Counted from the first letter of the stretch, positions 21,443 to 31,497 are shown. The stretch is DNA of 64,000 nucleotides from Rubripirellula sp. (GCA_965216875.1 OZ244207.1:2464001-2528000); one strand, 5' to 3'. The notes: a model not told the origin generated them from the sequence alone. Numbers and translations: made by a program.

Positions 21443-21697
21443 GGGAGGGCGACGCTCCTGCGGAGCTCTATACGCAACAGCTCTTCTTGTAGTGAACGAG
21501 GCTACGAGTCCCTCCACTCCGATCCTCTACCAACCGCGAACCCCAAACCATCCATGGCGGCGACGCTCCTGCGGAGTTCGACACGCGACGGCTCTTCTTG
21601 TAGTGGACGAGGCTACGAGTCCCTCCACTCCGATCCCCAACCCCTCCGCTCCTACGGAGCTCGACACGCACCAGCTCGGCGGGAGCCTCGCCCTCCC
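21443..21697. repeat. REP mosaic just 3' of the tRNA (111-bp tandem units)
   Basis: Units at 21448 and 21559 with GGCGACGCTCCTGCGGAG and GTAGTG(A/G)ACGAGGCTACGAGTCC; closed by GCTCGGCGGGAGCCTCGCCCTCCC. Confidence 0.88.
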
Positions 21698-21731
21698 GAG
21701 GACTCCTCGCCGCATGCACTACTGCACACAC

Positions 21732-23063
21732 CTAGCCGCCGATGGCCAAGAGGCGCGACGGAGTCCCGCCCAGGTCAATCTTGGCCTCGACGGTATAGTC
21801 GCGGAGAGAAATGACCCACGCACTACCATCTCCTGGATTGGTAATCATGACATGCCGTCGCCCGGGCAGCATCGCGGCGGCGTGATAACCGGCGTGACCT
21901 ACGATTTGGTTAGGACCCACGTCGATGCTGGCTTTGAGCTTCGCATCCTCGAAGTCCCCGTCGCGATTGGGGTCGAGCTCCACAAAGAGCATGCGATCGT
22001 CTGCCTGCGATTCTTTCTTTTGTCCAAACATCACCGCCAGCGTCTCGCCATATCGCGACGTCATCGTCACTGGCGTCGACACCGCTTCCCCCTCTTCAAC
22101 CTGGATCGCCAGGCTCTCCACACGTGGCTGGCTTGCCGAAGCGTCGACCCAACACAACTTGGTTGCGTCGCCCTTTCCAGCATTGAAAACAACATCCCGG
22201 CCAACGCGTGCGAAGGCGCCCGTTCGCAGTGGCTTGCCCTCACTGTCCTCTCCCAACGAAAGGTGATGCACCGCAACCGATTCCGGCCCATCATCCAGCT
22301 CGCGATCAACCGCGACCCAGCAAATCCCATCGGCAGGAGCAAAGAACGCTTTCCCTGCATTCATCGTTGCCCCGTGTAACGTTCCCGAGGGGCAGTGAAA
22401 AGAGTAGGACTTGCCGGCATTGCTTCCCAGTCCGATCACGTCGACGCGACCTTGATCGTCTCCGTCGCGCGCAATCCAGGTCGCGTACGCAACGGAATCT
22501 GGATCGACAGCAAGCGTGATGTGCCCATTGCCACCTTCATGGAAGGTCGCCGCTTGCGAGGTCACCTTGGCGTCGCGAATGCGTTTGGACGAAGTGATCG
22601 TGAATCCGTTCTTTTTGTCATTCGCCAAAACAAACGCGCGATCGTATTGATAGACATGCGCTGGATTGCCCTGAACTGCATCAATCATCGCGTGCGAAAC
22701 TCGCGGCGACTGAGTGTATCTCCAGTGCGAATGGTCACCATGCGGCTCCTCGACAACCCCTGACTCGATCGCGACCCAACCACTACCGAACGAACCGTTT
22801 TCGGTATCGCGCACGCCAACCACCATCAGACCATCGTCGGCAGTCATTTGAACAAGCGATTGCTGATCTTGATCGAGGTCTGGAAATCCTTCGATCGTTA
22901 ACTTTTCAATCGACCAACCAGCTGACGACTTTTTCAGGTCACCACTCGAAAGGGTCGCAGCGGAATCGTCCTGCCAGAAGACGCGGGCAACGGTACGCCC
23001 CTCGCCGAGAACGGGGGAAGCCACCGCGGCAAAGAGTAGTCCAACCAATCGAATATCAATCAT
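21732..23063 (-). CDS. Secreted His-rich beta-propeller-like protein, AztD-like metallochaperone candidate
   Basis: Signal peptide; EEPHGDHSH, PAHV, GHIT, CPSGTLHG and HAGYH motifs; ends with IDLGGTPSRL. Confidence 0.6.
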   Translation of the reverse strand: MIDIRLVGLLFAAVASPVLGEGRTVARVFWQDDSAATLSSGDLKKSSAGWSIEKLTIEGFPDLDQDQQSLVQMTADDGLMVVGVRDTENGSFGSGWVAIESGVVEEPHGDHSHWRYTQSPRVSHAMIDAVQGNPAHVYQYDRAFVLANDKKNGFTITSSKRIRDAKVTSQAATFHEGGNGHITLAVDPDSVAYATWIARDGDDQGRVDVIGLGSNAGKSYSFHCPSGTLHGATMNAGKAFFAPADGICWVAVDRELDDGPESVAVHHLSLGEDSEGKPLRTGAFARVGRDVVFNAGKGDATKLCWVDASASQPRVESLAIQVEEGEAVSTPVTMTSRYGETLAVMFGQKKESQADDRMLFVELDPNRDGDFEDAKLKASIDVGPNQIVGHAGYHAAAMLPGRRHVMITNPGDGSAWVISLRDYTVEAKIDLGGTPSRLLAIGG

Positions 23064-23136
23064 GTGTGTTCCTTGTTAACCGGACGTGAAGCTATCCCAT
23101 CCAACGGATGGGCGAATTGGTCCGACCAAGACCCAC

Positions 23137-23153
23137 ATGCAAAAGGGTTGCAT
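23137..23153. promoter_or_regulatory. Candidate Zur/Fur-family operator
   Basis: Palindrome ATGCAA-AAGGG-TTGCAT about 75 bp upstream of the AztD-like gene. Confidence 0.4.
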
Positions 23154-23238
23154 TTACAGAATTCGGTGTCAAGCGGCACGAATCAAGAATTGTCGGCGCG
23201 CGAAGACGGCGTGCTCTGCGGGGACGGCGACGCATCTT

Positions 23239-23314
23239 GGGAGGGCGACGCTCCTGCGGAGCTCAGCGTGCAACAGCTCGGCGTGCAACAGCTCGGCGGG
23301 AGCCTCGCCCTCCC
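23239..23314. repeat. Inverted REP-like pair (GGGAGGGCGA family)
   Basis: GGGAGGGCGACGCTCCTGCGGAGC...GCTCGGCGGGAGCCTCGCCCTCCC with an internal 15-bp duplication. Confidence 0.85.
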
Positions 23315-23332
23315 GAAGAAAAGGGAACGCAT

Positions 23333-23725
23333 CTACGCTTCGCCGCGCGGATGCCCCGCAAGATCATCGTCGATAACGGTCATCAACAACCGTGATTCGC
23401 GAATCAGCTGTATCGATGCGAAGGTGACGATGCAAACACCGAGGAACATCAACGATCTTGGAACGACTGGTGCCGCCTGACCCAACGCAGCGCCGAACAG
23501 GCTGGCAAATGCCAAGACCCCCACGCTCGTGTAAAGATTTACCAGTGCGCTATGCAGAAGTCTCGCGCGTCGACGCAGATGTGAGATCGACGCCTCGGTC
23601 CCCTCATGCAACTGCCGGTGCAATTCTTCATGGAGCTGACCAAAACGCGTCGACGTCGAGAGAATCAACAACGCCACACCTGGCTTCAGAAGTAGCGGAC
23701 TGGCCCACATGGCGATGTCGTCCAT
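23333..23725 (-). CDS. DUF2721-like membrane protein
   Basis: LLLKPGVALLILSTSTRF and LRRRARLLHSAL motifs; three TM segments. Confidence 0.75.
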   Translation of the reverse strand: MDDIAMWASPLLLKPGVALLILSTSTRFGQLHEELHRQLHEGTEASISHLRRRARLLHSALVNLYTSVGVLAFASLFGAALGQAAPVVPRSLMFLGVCIVTFASIQLIRESRLLMTVIDDDLAGHPRGEA

Positions 23726-23744
23726 CGGTTCTCTCTTGATCGGA

Positions 23745-24473
23745 CTAGACTGAGACCGCGGAAGCAGCCTTCATCTTCTCGACCGTGGCACTGGTTGTCC
23801 AAACGTCGCTGGCGAGCATTCGGTAGTTGATGAGAGCGGCGATCATCCCGTCGAGACCCGGAACTTTCGCAGCCGCCGTCGCGTCGGCTGCGACGCAAAC
23901 ATCAAAACCTCGCTCGAGCAACTCTCGAAGATGCGACTCCACGCAGAGGTTGGCTGACATACCCGCGAGGATCACATTTTCGATCTTCAATTTCTGGAGC
24001 TGAAGAATCAGGTCATTGTTCTCGGGGCCAAAGACCTTGTGCGGATTACAAATGACCGTCTTCTCGTGAAAGATCGACGGTTTGAACTGCTCCAGAAAGT
24101 CGGCGCCGCTGTTTTCGAAGCCTTCAAGTGTGAGCGTTCCCTTACGGTTGTACATGCGGATGTCATGCATCAACTTTTCGAGCGTCCCTCCCTTGAGCGT
24201 CCAGCCATAATCGGTTGGATAGTAGTAGTGCGGGCTGATCAGAAGCGGCGTTCCCGTTTCAACAGCGGTTTCCATCAGCGTTTGCAGGTTGGCGATCGTG
24301 TTGTTCTCGGTCGCGCTTTCGCCACAAACGCCCCAAGCGACGCCATCTTCGTGAAGAAAATCATTTTGCGGGTCGGTAATCACAACCGCGGTCCGTCCAT
24401 GCTCGATTTCAAATCCGGGGACCGGTAGTCCATGGTCCGCGTTGTCGGCTAGCCATTGTTCGACGCGATTCAT
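23745..24473 (-). CDS. Cysteine hydrolase (isochorismatase family)
   Basis: TAVVITDPQNDFL, HK and LAGMSANLCVESH motifs; ATG 24473 with AAGGGGG RBS. Confidence 0.9.
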   Translation of the reverse strand: MNRVEQWLADNADHGLPVPGFEIEHGRTAVVITDPQNDFLHEDGVAWGVCGESATENNTIANLQTLMETAVETGTPLLISPHYYYPTDYGWTLKGGTLEKLMHDIRMYNRKGTLTLEGFENSGADFLEQFKPSIFHEKTVICNPHKVFGPENNDLILQLQKLKIENVILAGMSANLCVESHLRELLERGFDVCVAADATAAAKVPGLDGMIAALINYRMLASDVWTTSATVEKMKAASAVSV

Positions 24474-24627
24474 CGCTGTCCCCCTTGATGAAATGAATGA
24501 AATGCACGGTACGGTCGCATCCCGTGATTCCGCATTGTTGCACAGCGTGAACCCCGCCAAGCCAACGTGATTGATTTTCGCACCGCGCGCCGCCACTCTA
24601 CATCGAGCACGCCCCATCAAACCAAAG

Positions 24628-24690
24628 CCCACATCCCTTACCCTCACATCTTTCTGCCCCACATCTCTCTGCCCCACATCTCTCTGCCCC
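24628..24690. repeat. 15-bp tandem repeat, about 4 copies
   Basis: CCCACATCTCTCTGC twice exactly plus two degenerate copies. Confidence 0.85.
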
Positions 24691-24907
24691 GCCGCGGCCC
24701 CCAAGTACTGCATCGCCGGCAGCGTCGCAGCCTCAAAACGGCCTTTCCTTGACCAAGTCGCGAACAAGCAATCGCCGAAGGCCACGAGAGGCCCCTCGAG
24801 CATCGCGCGAGGGTTCGCATCACGCCCTAGATACGCATCGCGTAATTCTGCCCGTTGGCGTATCATTTTGTTGGGCACTCGTTTACTCATCCAACACGGA
24901 ACTTCCT

Positions 24908-27751
24908 GTGAAATCCTTGGTGATACTGGCGTGTGCCTTCGTTGCGCTTCTATCAGGGCAGTCTTTGGGCAGTGCCGCCGATCGTGTGATCCCTGCCAAT
25001 CAATTCGCCTCGATCACGACCAAGTCGGACGTTCACCGAACTCGCGTCAAGACTTCCGGAACGATCGTTTGGCTCAACCCTTACTGGCATTCACTTGTCA
25101 TCGTCGACCAAGCCGACGCAACCGGCGTTCTTGTCGAGCTCTCGAACAAACATGAATCCGAAGGCTTGGAGATTGGTAGCCATGTCACCATCGAAGGGGA
25201 AGTTGTCGTTTGGGAGGGACACGCAAGCCTGAAGGCCGGGACGGTCGAAGAGATCGGCCCCAGCGAGATGCCCACACCAAAAGCCCTCGCCCGAACCATT
25301 TCCCAGCGAGACATTTTTGATCTCGATTGCCAACTCGTTTCGGTCGAAGGTCGCATCAGTTTTGTGATGCAGCACTTTGAACGCTACGTGTTCTGGATCG
25401 ATGGCTACGGTGTACCGATTCGAGCCGAGTTCTACGAGCAGCCGAAAGAGACCGTTGGATTGGACTTGGCCGGAGCGACGGTTCGCATCACCGGCGTTGC
25501 CATGCAACGAGGCGAAGGCCCCTCCAAACGCGCCGTCTTGATGCTCAACCCCACCAGCGCGGACGATATCGAGGTCCTTGAAAGGGGCCCGACATGGCCA
25601 AGCGACGGAACAGGCGCGGGCGTCAACGGTGTGATCGTTTGCCAAACTTCGGAGAACCGATACTTCTTTCGCTCTGACTCGAGAGAGATTCTTGAACTTG
25701 AAGTTTACGACACCCAATTCTTGAGCGTTGGAGACATGGTGCGATACGTCGGCAAGGACGTGATCGGTCCCGACCATCGCAAGGTCAGTGTCACCGGCAT
25801 GCACGTACACGCAACGGCAAACGACTGGGTGTTAACGCCCCTGAGCCGCGCACAACCTGTCACATCCCATTCGGCATCCGGCGACTACTGCACCGTCCTC
25901 GGAAGCATGTCGCGAATCAACGATGAAGGTGAGTTCTTTGAATTGATCGACGACTCAGGACAACGCATTCGTATCGAAATCTCGATGCTCTCTGGCGACA
26001 TCGCGACACTCCAGCTCCCGACGGCCAAGAAAGTCGAAGTTGCAGGCTATGTCGACTACCGAAGCGTGGGAACGGTTGTGATCCCAAGAAGCTTCCGCGA
26101 CATCAAGGTGGTCGAACGAAGTCCCTGGTACGCCAATCCGCGTGCCCGAGTCACTACCGTTTCAACCTTGGTCTTGCTGACCCTCTGCATCGGATCGATC
26201 TTCTTTTTGCGTGGAGCAATACGTGCAAAGACTCGCGCGCTCGAAGAAAGTGCCGGCTTGCTCAATGCCTCTTACGAAGCTGTCCGCGAAGGCGTTTGCG
26301 TTATTGATCGCAACGACGTCTTTCTGATGGGCAATGGTCGCTTCTTCGAAATGCTCGGGCTTTCGCCACATGCCCTCAAAGGCATGCCCGCCGATCAGCT
26401 CTATTTCGCACTCTCCAGTCAGCTCGATGCAAAAGGGAAAGACCTTTTCAAACAGCTATGGAACGACGACTTTCCGCGCGGGTCTTCTCCCGAGGTCAGC
26501 GTTGGTGTCAGCGACGGCTCCCAACGCGAGCTCACCGTCTATTCGGTCCGAGACACGGATGCGCTTGGTGCCAACATTGGCCGAGTACTCGTATTTCATG
26601 ATTCAACCGAAAGACGGCAACTCGAAAAATCTTTGGCGCAAGCTCAGAAGATGGACGCTGTCGGCACTCTAGCCGCTGGCGTTGCGCACGATTTCAACAA
26701 TTCCCTCTCGGCGATCGTAAACTTTGCCGAAGTGGCTAAACGCAGCATCGATCCCGAGGACGATCTTTACGAAATCGTGTCCCATATTCTTGACGCGGCC
26801 AATCAAGCCGCCGGAACAACACGTGGACTCCTCACTTTCTGTGGCAAACGCACCTCCGAAAAAAGCATCGTCGACTTAGCGGAGCTGCTTGGTTCATTTG
26901 TCGCATTTGTCGAGAGGCTGCTCCCAGCCAAAATCAGCATCACAATCGATTCCCCACCTGACCAACCGATCATGTGCCGAGTCGACGAATCGCAACTTCA
27001 GCAAGCAATGCTCAATCTTGTTGTCAATTCGCGCGATGCAATGCCAGACGGCGGAGAGATCTGCATCAAACTCCTTCCCGACCCGATCGACCGCCAAGTG
27101 TTGGTCAAAGTCATTGATAACGGCCAGGGGATGGATCCGGGCACTCGCGAGCAAGCGTTCGACCCCTTCTTTTCCACCAAGGAACGCGGAAAAGGAACGG
27201 GGCTAGGAATGGCGATCGTCCACGGCATCGTGACCGACCATGGAGGTAACGTCGGTGTCGCGTCGGAGTTGGACGAAGGTACGACCGTCACCATCATGTT
27301 GCCCATGGTGGGTGGATCCCCTTCGAGTTCTGACACATCATTCACCAAAATGAACGCGATCGCCGGTAATACGTTTCTGGTCGTGGAAGATCAGAAACCG
27401 GTGCTCGCATCGATTGCACAGCAACTACGTTCCAACGACCTGCACGTTGTTGAATGCGGAAGCGCGGAAGAGGCGATGCAGATTATCACCGACAACGCCT
27501 CGCAAATCTCGTTCGCGTTGGTGGACGTGGACCTGCCCGGTTCAAGTGGCATTGAATTCAAAGAGCGAGCTCGTCAGATCGCCCCCGGCCTGCCCGTCGT
27601 TCTGATGAGCGGCCTGCCAAGGTACCAGGAGGCAGACAACGCAGCCTTTCTCGCGAAGCCGTTTGGCCTCGAGAAGCTTGCCAAAGCGGTCAACGCCGCA
27701 ACGCAATTCGTCCTGGAAAACGAGCCGCAACCCAAGGCCTCGATACGCTAA
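24908..27751 (+). CDS. Hybrid sensor histidine kinase/response regulator
   Basis: Periplasmic repeats, TM helix, PAS-like region, H-box GVAHDFNN, N-box NLVVNSRDAM, DNGQGM, GTGLG and a receiver domain; start taken at GTG 24908. Confidence 0.92.
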   Translation: MKSLVILACAFVALLSGQSLGSAADRVIPANQFASITTKSDVHRTRVKTSGTIVWLNPYWHSLVIVDQADATGVLVELSNKHESEGLEIGSHVTIEGEVVVWEGHASLKAGTVEEIGPSEMPTPKALARTISQRDIFDLDCQLVSVEGRISFVMQHFERYVFWIDGYGVPIRAEFYEQPKETVGLDLAGATVRITGVAMQRGEGPSKRAVLMLNPTSADDIEVLERGPTWPSDGTGAGVNGVIVCQTSENRYFFRSDSREILELEVYDTQFLSVGDMVRYVGKDVIGPDHRKVSVTGMHVHATANDWVLTPLSRAQPVTSHSASGDYCTVLGSMSRINDEGEFFELIDDSGQRIRIEISMLSGDIATLQLPTAKKVEVAGYVDYRSVGTVVIPRSFRDIKVVERSPWYANPRARVTTVSTLVLLTLCIGSIFFLRGAIRAKTRALEESAGLLNASYEAVREGVCVIDRNDVFLMGNGRFFEMLGLSPHALKGMPADQLYFALSSQLDAKGKDLFKQLWNDDFPRGSSPEVSVGVSDGSQRELTVYSVRDTDALGANIGRVLVFHDSTERRQLEKSLAQAQKMDAVGTLAAGVAHDFNNSLSAIVNFAEVAKRSIDPEDDLYEIVSHILDAANQAAGTTRGLLTFCGKRTSEKSIVDLAELLGSFVAFVERLLPAKISITIDSPPDQPIMCRVDESQLQQAMLNLVVNSRDAMPDGGEICIKLLPDPIDRQVLVKVIDNGQGMDPGTREQAFDPFFSTKERGKGTGLGMAIVHGIVTDHGGNVGVASELDEGTTVTIMLPMVGGSPSSSDTSFTKMNAIAGNTFLVVEDQKPVLASIAQQLRSNDLHVVECGSAEEAMQIITDNASQISFALVDVDLPGSSGIEFKERARQIAPGLPVVLMSGLPRYQEADNAAFLAKPFGLEKLAKAVNAATQFVLENEPQPKASIR

Positions 27752-27803
27752 CGAGTCGCGAACTCGCCGTTGGTTCCGCTAGGCTTCGAAACTGCGCTCT
27801 TAA

Positions 27804-27919
27804 CACTCTCCCTTGGGAGAGTCGGGCTCTAAGGCCCGGAGAGGGTTTGTATTGCGGGAACTATTCCCTCCCCGGACTTTGCGTCCGACCCTCCCGCAAG
27901 CGGGAGGGTGATTGTTGGA
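27804..27919. repeat. Double-hairpin repeat element, copy 1
   Basis: CACTCTCCCTTGGGAGAGTCGGGCTCTAAGGCCCGGAGAGGG...CCCTCCCGCAAGCGGGAGGGTGATTGTTGGA; near-identical to 62806-62916. Confidence 0.9.
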
Positions 27920-28111
27920 ATGGGCAAGCACTTCACCTCATGGCCCCGCAATTGCAATCGGTACCACGAGCGTTGGAGCCTATGAGAAAAAACGTGTGCA
28001 AGGACCGACGCAAACGCGCTGGGCTCACATATAATTTAAAAGTAGCGCCCCAGACGCAACTTTCGCGGAGCGAAAGGCGCCAATAAGTAGATTGAATCGG
28101 CATTTCATCCC

Positions 28112-28591
28112 ATGACTCGGTTTAGATTCTCCATTCGCGCTTTGCTCGCGTTGACCCTCGTGGTTGCCGTCGCGGTTTTCCTTTGGCCACGACCAGATCC
28201 AAACGCGCCAGATCCCGTATGGAGAGAAACGGTGCTTGGCAACTCGGAGCCACTCTGGAACATTCCTGACGTTTCGCTGCCTTCGCAGGGAAATGGCCCG
28301 ATCAATGTGACTGCGACGAACGTTGGGCGCACGACGCTTACGTACCGCGGCGAGAGTCAATCTCGCATCCTGCTCTTCCAAGAAGTTCGTGGCGATTCAG
28401 GCTGGCAACAGGACGCATGGTCCGGCGAGGGACCGTGCGAAGAGTCCTACGAGATCGCGCCGGGGGAATCCGTCAAGTTAGAGATCGAGTTCTTTGACGA
28501 TGCCGATGGCCTTCGGATGCTCGGCAAGTTCGCTGAAAAGGGCACCAAACGGTCGGGGCTGGTTGTGTTGGCAACCAGCCGCTCTCGCTAA
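28112..28591 (+). CDS. Hypothetical protein with RFSIRxLL leader
   Basis: MTRFRFSIRALLALTLVVAV leader followed by a beta-rich domain. Confidence 0.65.
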   Translation: MTRFRFSIRALLALTLVVAVAVFLWPRPDPNAPDPVWRETVLGNSEPLWNIPDVSLPSQGNGPINVTATNVGRTTLTYRGESQSRILLFQEVRGDSGWQQDAWSGEGPCEESYEIAPGESVKLEIEFFDDADGLRMLGKFAEKGTKRSGLVVLATSRSR

Positions 28592-28666
28592 GAGGTTCGC
28601 ACTTGCAACTTGCTTGGCGACGCTCGCCAGAGCAACCTATCGCGCCCAGGTCGCGACGGTTTCAAT

Positions 28667-29003
28667 GTCGCCTTTCGCTCCGCGAAAGTAGCGTTGAAAA
28701 ACGAGAGTTTTCGGAGCAATAGGCGACGATGTGGGCAAAGAATGCGCGAGGATGGACAACGAAACCTAAGGGACTCGTAGCCTCGTCCACTACGAAGTCG
28801 GATCCCAAAACCACTGGTCGCGGATTCATCGCCCCACTCGATCACGAGCAAGTCGTTGGGTGTGTGCTTGCACGCACCAAATCCACTTCGGTCCTCTCGA
28901 CTCAGCATCGCGGTATTCGATCATGCGTACGAGTACCGGTCTGCGTCCTGAGCAAGAATCGGAGGTCGGGTTTCAGGATGGTGCGTGCAAGCACACACCC
29001 TAC
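28667..29003. repeat. Mosaic of several repeat families
   Basis: GTCGCCTTTCGCTCCGCGAAAGT (28667), GGACTCGTAGCCTCGTCCACTAC (28771), inverted GTGTGTGCTTGCACGCACC pair (28855/28980) enclosing a degenerate GTACGAGTACCG motif. Confidence 0.85.
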
Positions 29004-29138
<135 letters not shown>

Positions 29139-29250
29139 CAGGAAGCAATCATACCTCCCTCCGCGAAACTCGCTTTCCTGATGGCGAATCGGGTAAGATG
29201 TTTTGGTGAGTATGACTGCACACTCCCGCTACTCGAATGAGACCAATGAC

Positions 29251-29835
29251 ATGCGCATCAGCCCCGTCTCAAGCAGCTTTCTCTTTGCTTCGATCACCGC
29301 GTTGCTTCCGGCGATTGCCTTTGCGGATACGCCAGTTGATGATCCGTCGTCGCGACTGATCGTGACGGTACGTGAATACAGGACCGACGTTCCGCCCTCA
29401 CCCGGCACCTCGTCCGCCGAAGTCGCCAGACGATTTCTCGAGGGGGAGAGCGAACCGGTACGAACGATCAGGATGCCAACCATTGACAATTGCGAAGCTC
29501 ATTTCAGCAATGGCGAACGCATTTACCTGCCCCAGCTCACTTCTTCTGGCAAGGCAGATCGCGGCGAGGTACGTCCGGTCGCGGTAGGCACGATCTTTCA
29601 GGTAACGGCCAAACGCACCTCCAAGACGGTCTTGATGCAGTTCAACTACACAACGTCGAGCCTGGTTAACGAAAACGCCGCTGACTCAATCCCACGTGTG
29701 AAAGAAACGACGGTGCAAGGGACCTACTCGTTTCAACTGGGAGAACCGGTGCTGATTGGCGGCCTGACCGAAAGCAACGGAATCTATCTGATTGCAACCG
29801 TCACCGTTCCGCAAGAGCGACAGACGAAAAACTGA
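29251..29835 (+). CDS. Secreted hypothetical protein with weak secretin C-terminal-like motifs
   Basis: AFA signal peptide; VGTIFQVTAK and QLGEPVLIGGL. Confidence 0.55.
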   Translation: MRISPVSSSFLFASITALLPAIAFADTPVDDPSSRLIVTVREYRTDVPPSPGTSSAEVARRFLEGESEPVRTIRMPTIDNCEAHFSNGERIYLPQLTSSGKADRGEVRPVAVGTIFQVTAKRTSKTVLMQFNYTTSSLVNENAADSIPRVKETTVQGTYSFQLGEPVLIGGLTESNGIYLIATVTVPQERQTKN

Positions 29836-29991
29836 GCCGACACGACCGTTGGACACAGCATCTGTTGCAGCTGGGACTCAGCAAATTTGACTGAACCAAG
29901 CAGAATCCGTCGCAAATTAGATCGATGCCCCAAAGCCGTTTCCTGCTATTCAGAATCAACCGACGCGCTACCTGACCTTCTTAGAGGCCGA

Positions 29992-31497
29992 CTAGTCGGG
30001 TTGGACGAGGGCAAATTCGTCTTCGTAGTGGCTGAGGACGTTTTTCATCCAGCGATTGTTGCTGAGCCAGCGTGGGGTATGTTTGAAGCCGGCTTCCCAT
30101 TCAGCAAGCTTACGCATGAGCTCACTTGCTTTCTCTGGTTTAGCGTTAGCGAGGTTGCGCTGCTCGCTTATGTCGGTTGCGAGGTTATAGAGCTGGGGCG
30201 TCAAATGTGGCGTTCGCACAAGTTTCCAATCTCCCGATCGAATCGCTGCACCGCGATGCGTGATTCGCCAGTAAAGCTGGCGGTGAGGAGGCTCATCCCC
30301 CTGCTGACCACGAATGTGGGGAAGTAGATCGACTCCGTCATAGATTTTCCCGTCGATTTTGCCGTTACGCAGCGACCACGGTTTCCCTGCGGCACTCAAA
30401 AAGGTCGGCAAAAGGTCCAGCGAGATAAACGGCTGTTCGTAGGTTATTCCGGCGGGCAGATTTCCATCAGGCCAACAGAAAACGAACGGCACTCGCATCC
30501 CTCCATCGAGAAACATCGACTTGCGACCGCGGAGCGGTGCATTGATTGATTGCTCGACTCCCTTGGTGACTCCGCCGTTGTCGCTGAAGAAAACGATCAG
30601 CGTGTTCTCAAAACGGCCGCTGTCCTTGAGGTGGTTAATGAGCTGCCCGATATTCTCGTCCAAGCAATGCTGCATCGCGCACAGGGTGCGCCGTGACTTG
30701 CTCTCGATGTGCTGAAACCGAGCCAGGTCATCCTCCTTGGCCTGCAAGGGAGTGTGGGGCGTGTCGTGTGCCAAATACAGAAAGAAAGGCATTTCTCGCG
30801 GCGTGCGTTTGACGAAATCGATGGCCTCTGACGTGTACCAGTCAGTCGTGTAGGGGACATCAATGCTGGTGACCGGCTCCCTCTGGCGATAAATCGCCTT
30901 GTCGCTGACCTTGGGGAAATAGCCATGCCCTTTGAAGCGGCCAAAGTAGTAGTCAAACCCACGGGAATTGGGATGCATCGATTCGCTGCTACCGAGGTGC
31001 CATTTACCAATGCACGCTGTTCGATAGCCAAGCCCCTTCAAACGATCTGCCATCGTGACCTCGTCGACCGGAAGTCCAATCTGTTCGCGGTCGTAGTAGT
31101 CGGCGGCACCCACGATATTGTGTTCAAACCCAAACCGGTTCTGATACCGCCCTGTCATCAATCCAGCACGTGAGGGTGCACAGACAACGCCGCTAACGTA
31201 TCCGTTGGTGCACCTGATTCCCTGCTTGGCGAGTGCGTCGATGTTGGGCGTTGCGATCTGTTTCGAACCATAGCAACTCAGATCGCCATAACCCATGTCG
31301 TCGGCAAGAATCACGATGATGTTCGGCTGAGCAGCGCCGAGCAAAACGGCATGTCCCAAACTCACCAGCACTGCGACTAACAACGCGAGCCGATATTGGG
31401 TCGTGATCTTGATAGCCGAACGCGTCTTCACTGCAGCTGTCATGTTCACGGGAGTTGTCATGATTCGAGGGGCATTCACAATCTGAAGTCTCATCAC
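29992..31497 (-). CDS. Sulfatase (S1, Cys-type)
   Basis: PNIIVILADDMG, CAPSRAGLMTGRY, GKWHLG and FSDNG; real start probably downstream of 31497. Confidence 0.95.
   Translation of the reverse strand: MMRLQIVNAPRIMTTPVNMTAAVKTRSAIKITTQYRLALLVAVLVSLGHAVLLGAAQPNIIVILADDMGYGDLSCYGSKQIATPNIDALAKQGIRCTNGYVSGVVCAPSRAGLMTGRYQNRFGFEHNIVGAADYYDREQIGLPVDEVTMADRLKGLGYRTACIGKWHLGSSESMHPNSRGFDYYFGRFKGHGYFPKVSDKAIYRQREPVTSIDVPYTTDWYTSEAIDFVKRTPREMPFFLYLAHDTPHTPLQAKEDDLARFQHIESKSRRTLCAMQHCLDENIGQLINHLKDSGRFENTLIVFFSDNGGVTKGVEQSINAPLRGRKSMFLDGGMRVPFVFCWPDGNLPAGITYEQPFISLDLLPTFLSAAGKPWSLRNGKIDGKIYDGVDLLPHIRGQQGDEPPHRQLYWRITHRGAAIRSGDWKLVRTPHLTPQLYNLATDISEQRNLANAKPEKASELMRKLAEWEAGFKHTPRWLSNNRWMKNVLSHYEDEFALVQPD

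Noticed and set aside
24474..24890. N-terminal extension of the cysteine hydrolase with QRDVG repeats
   Set aside because: It is the 15-bp DNA repeat read in frame; a good RBS precedes ATG 24473.
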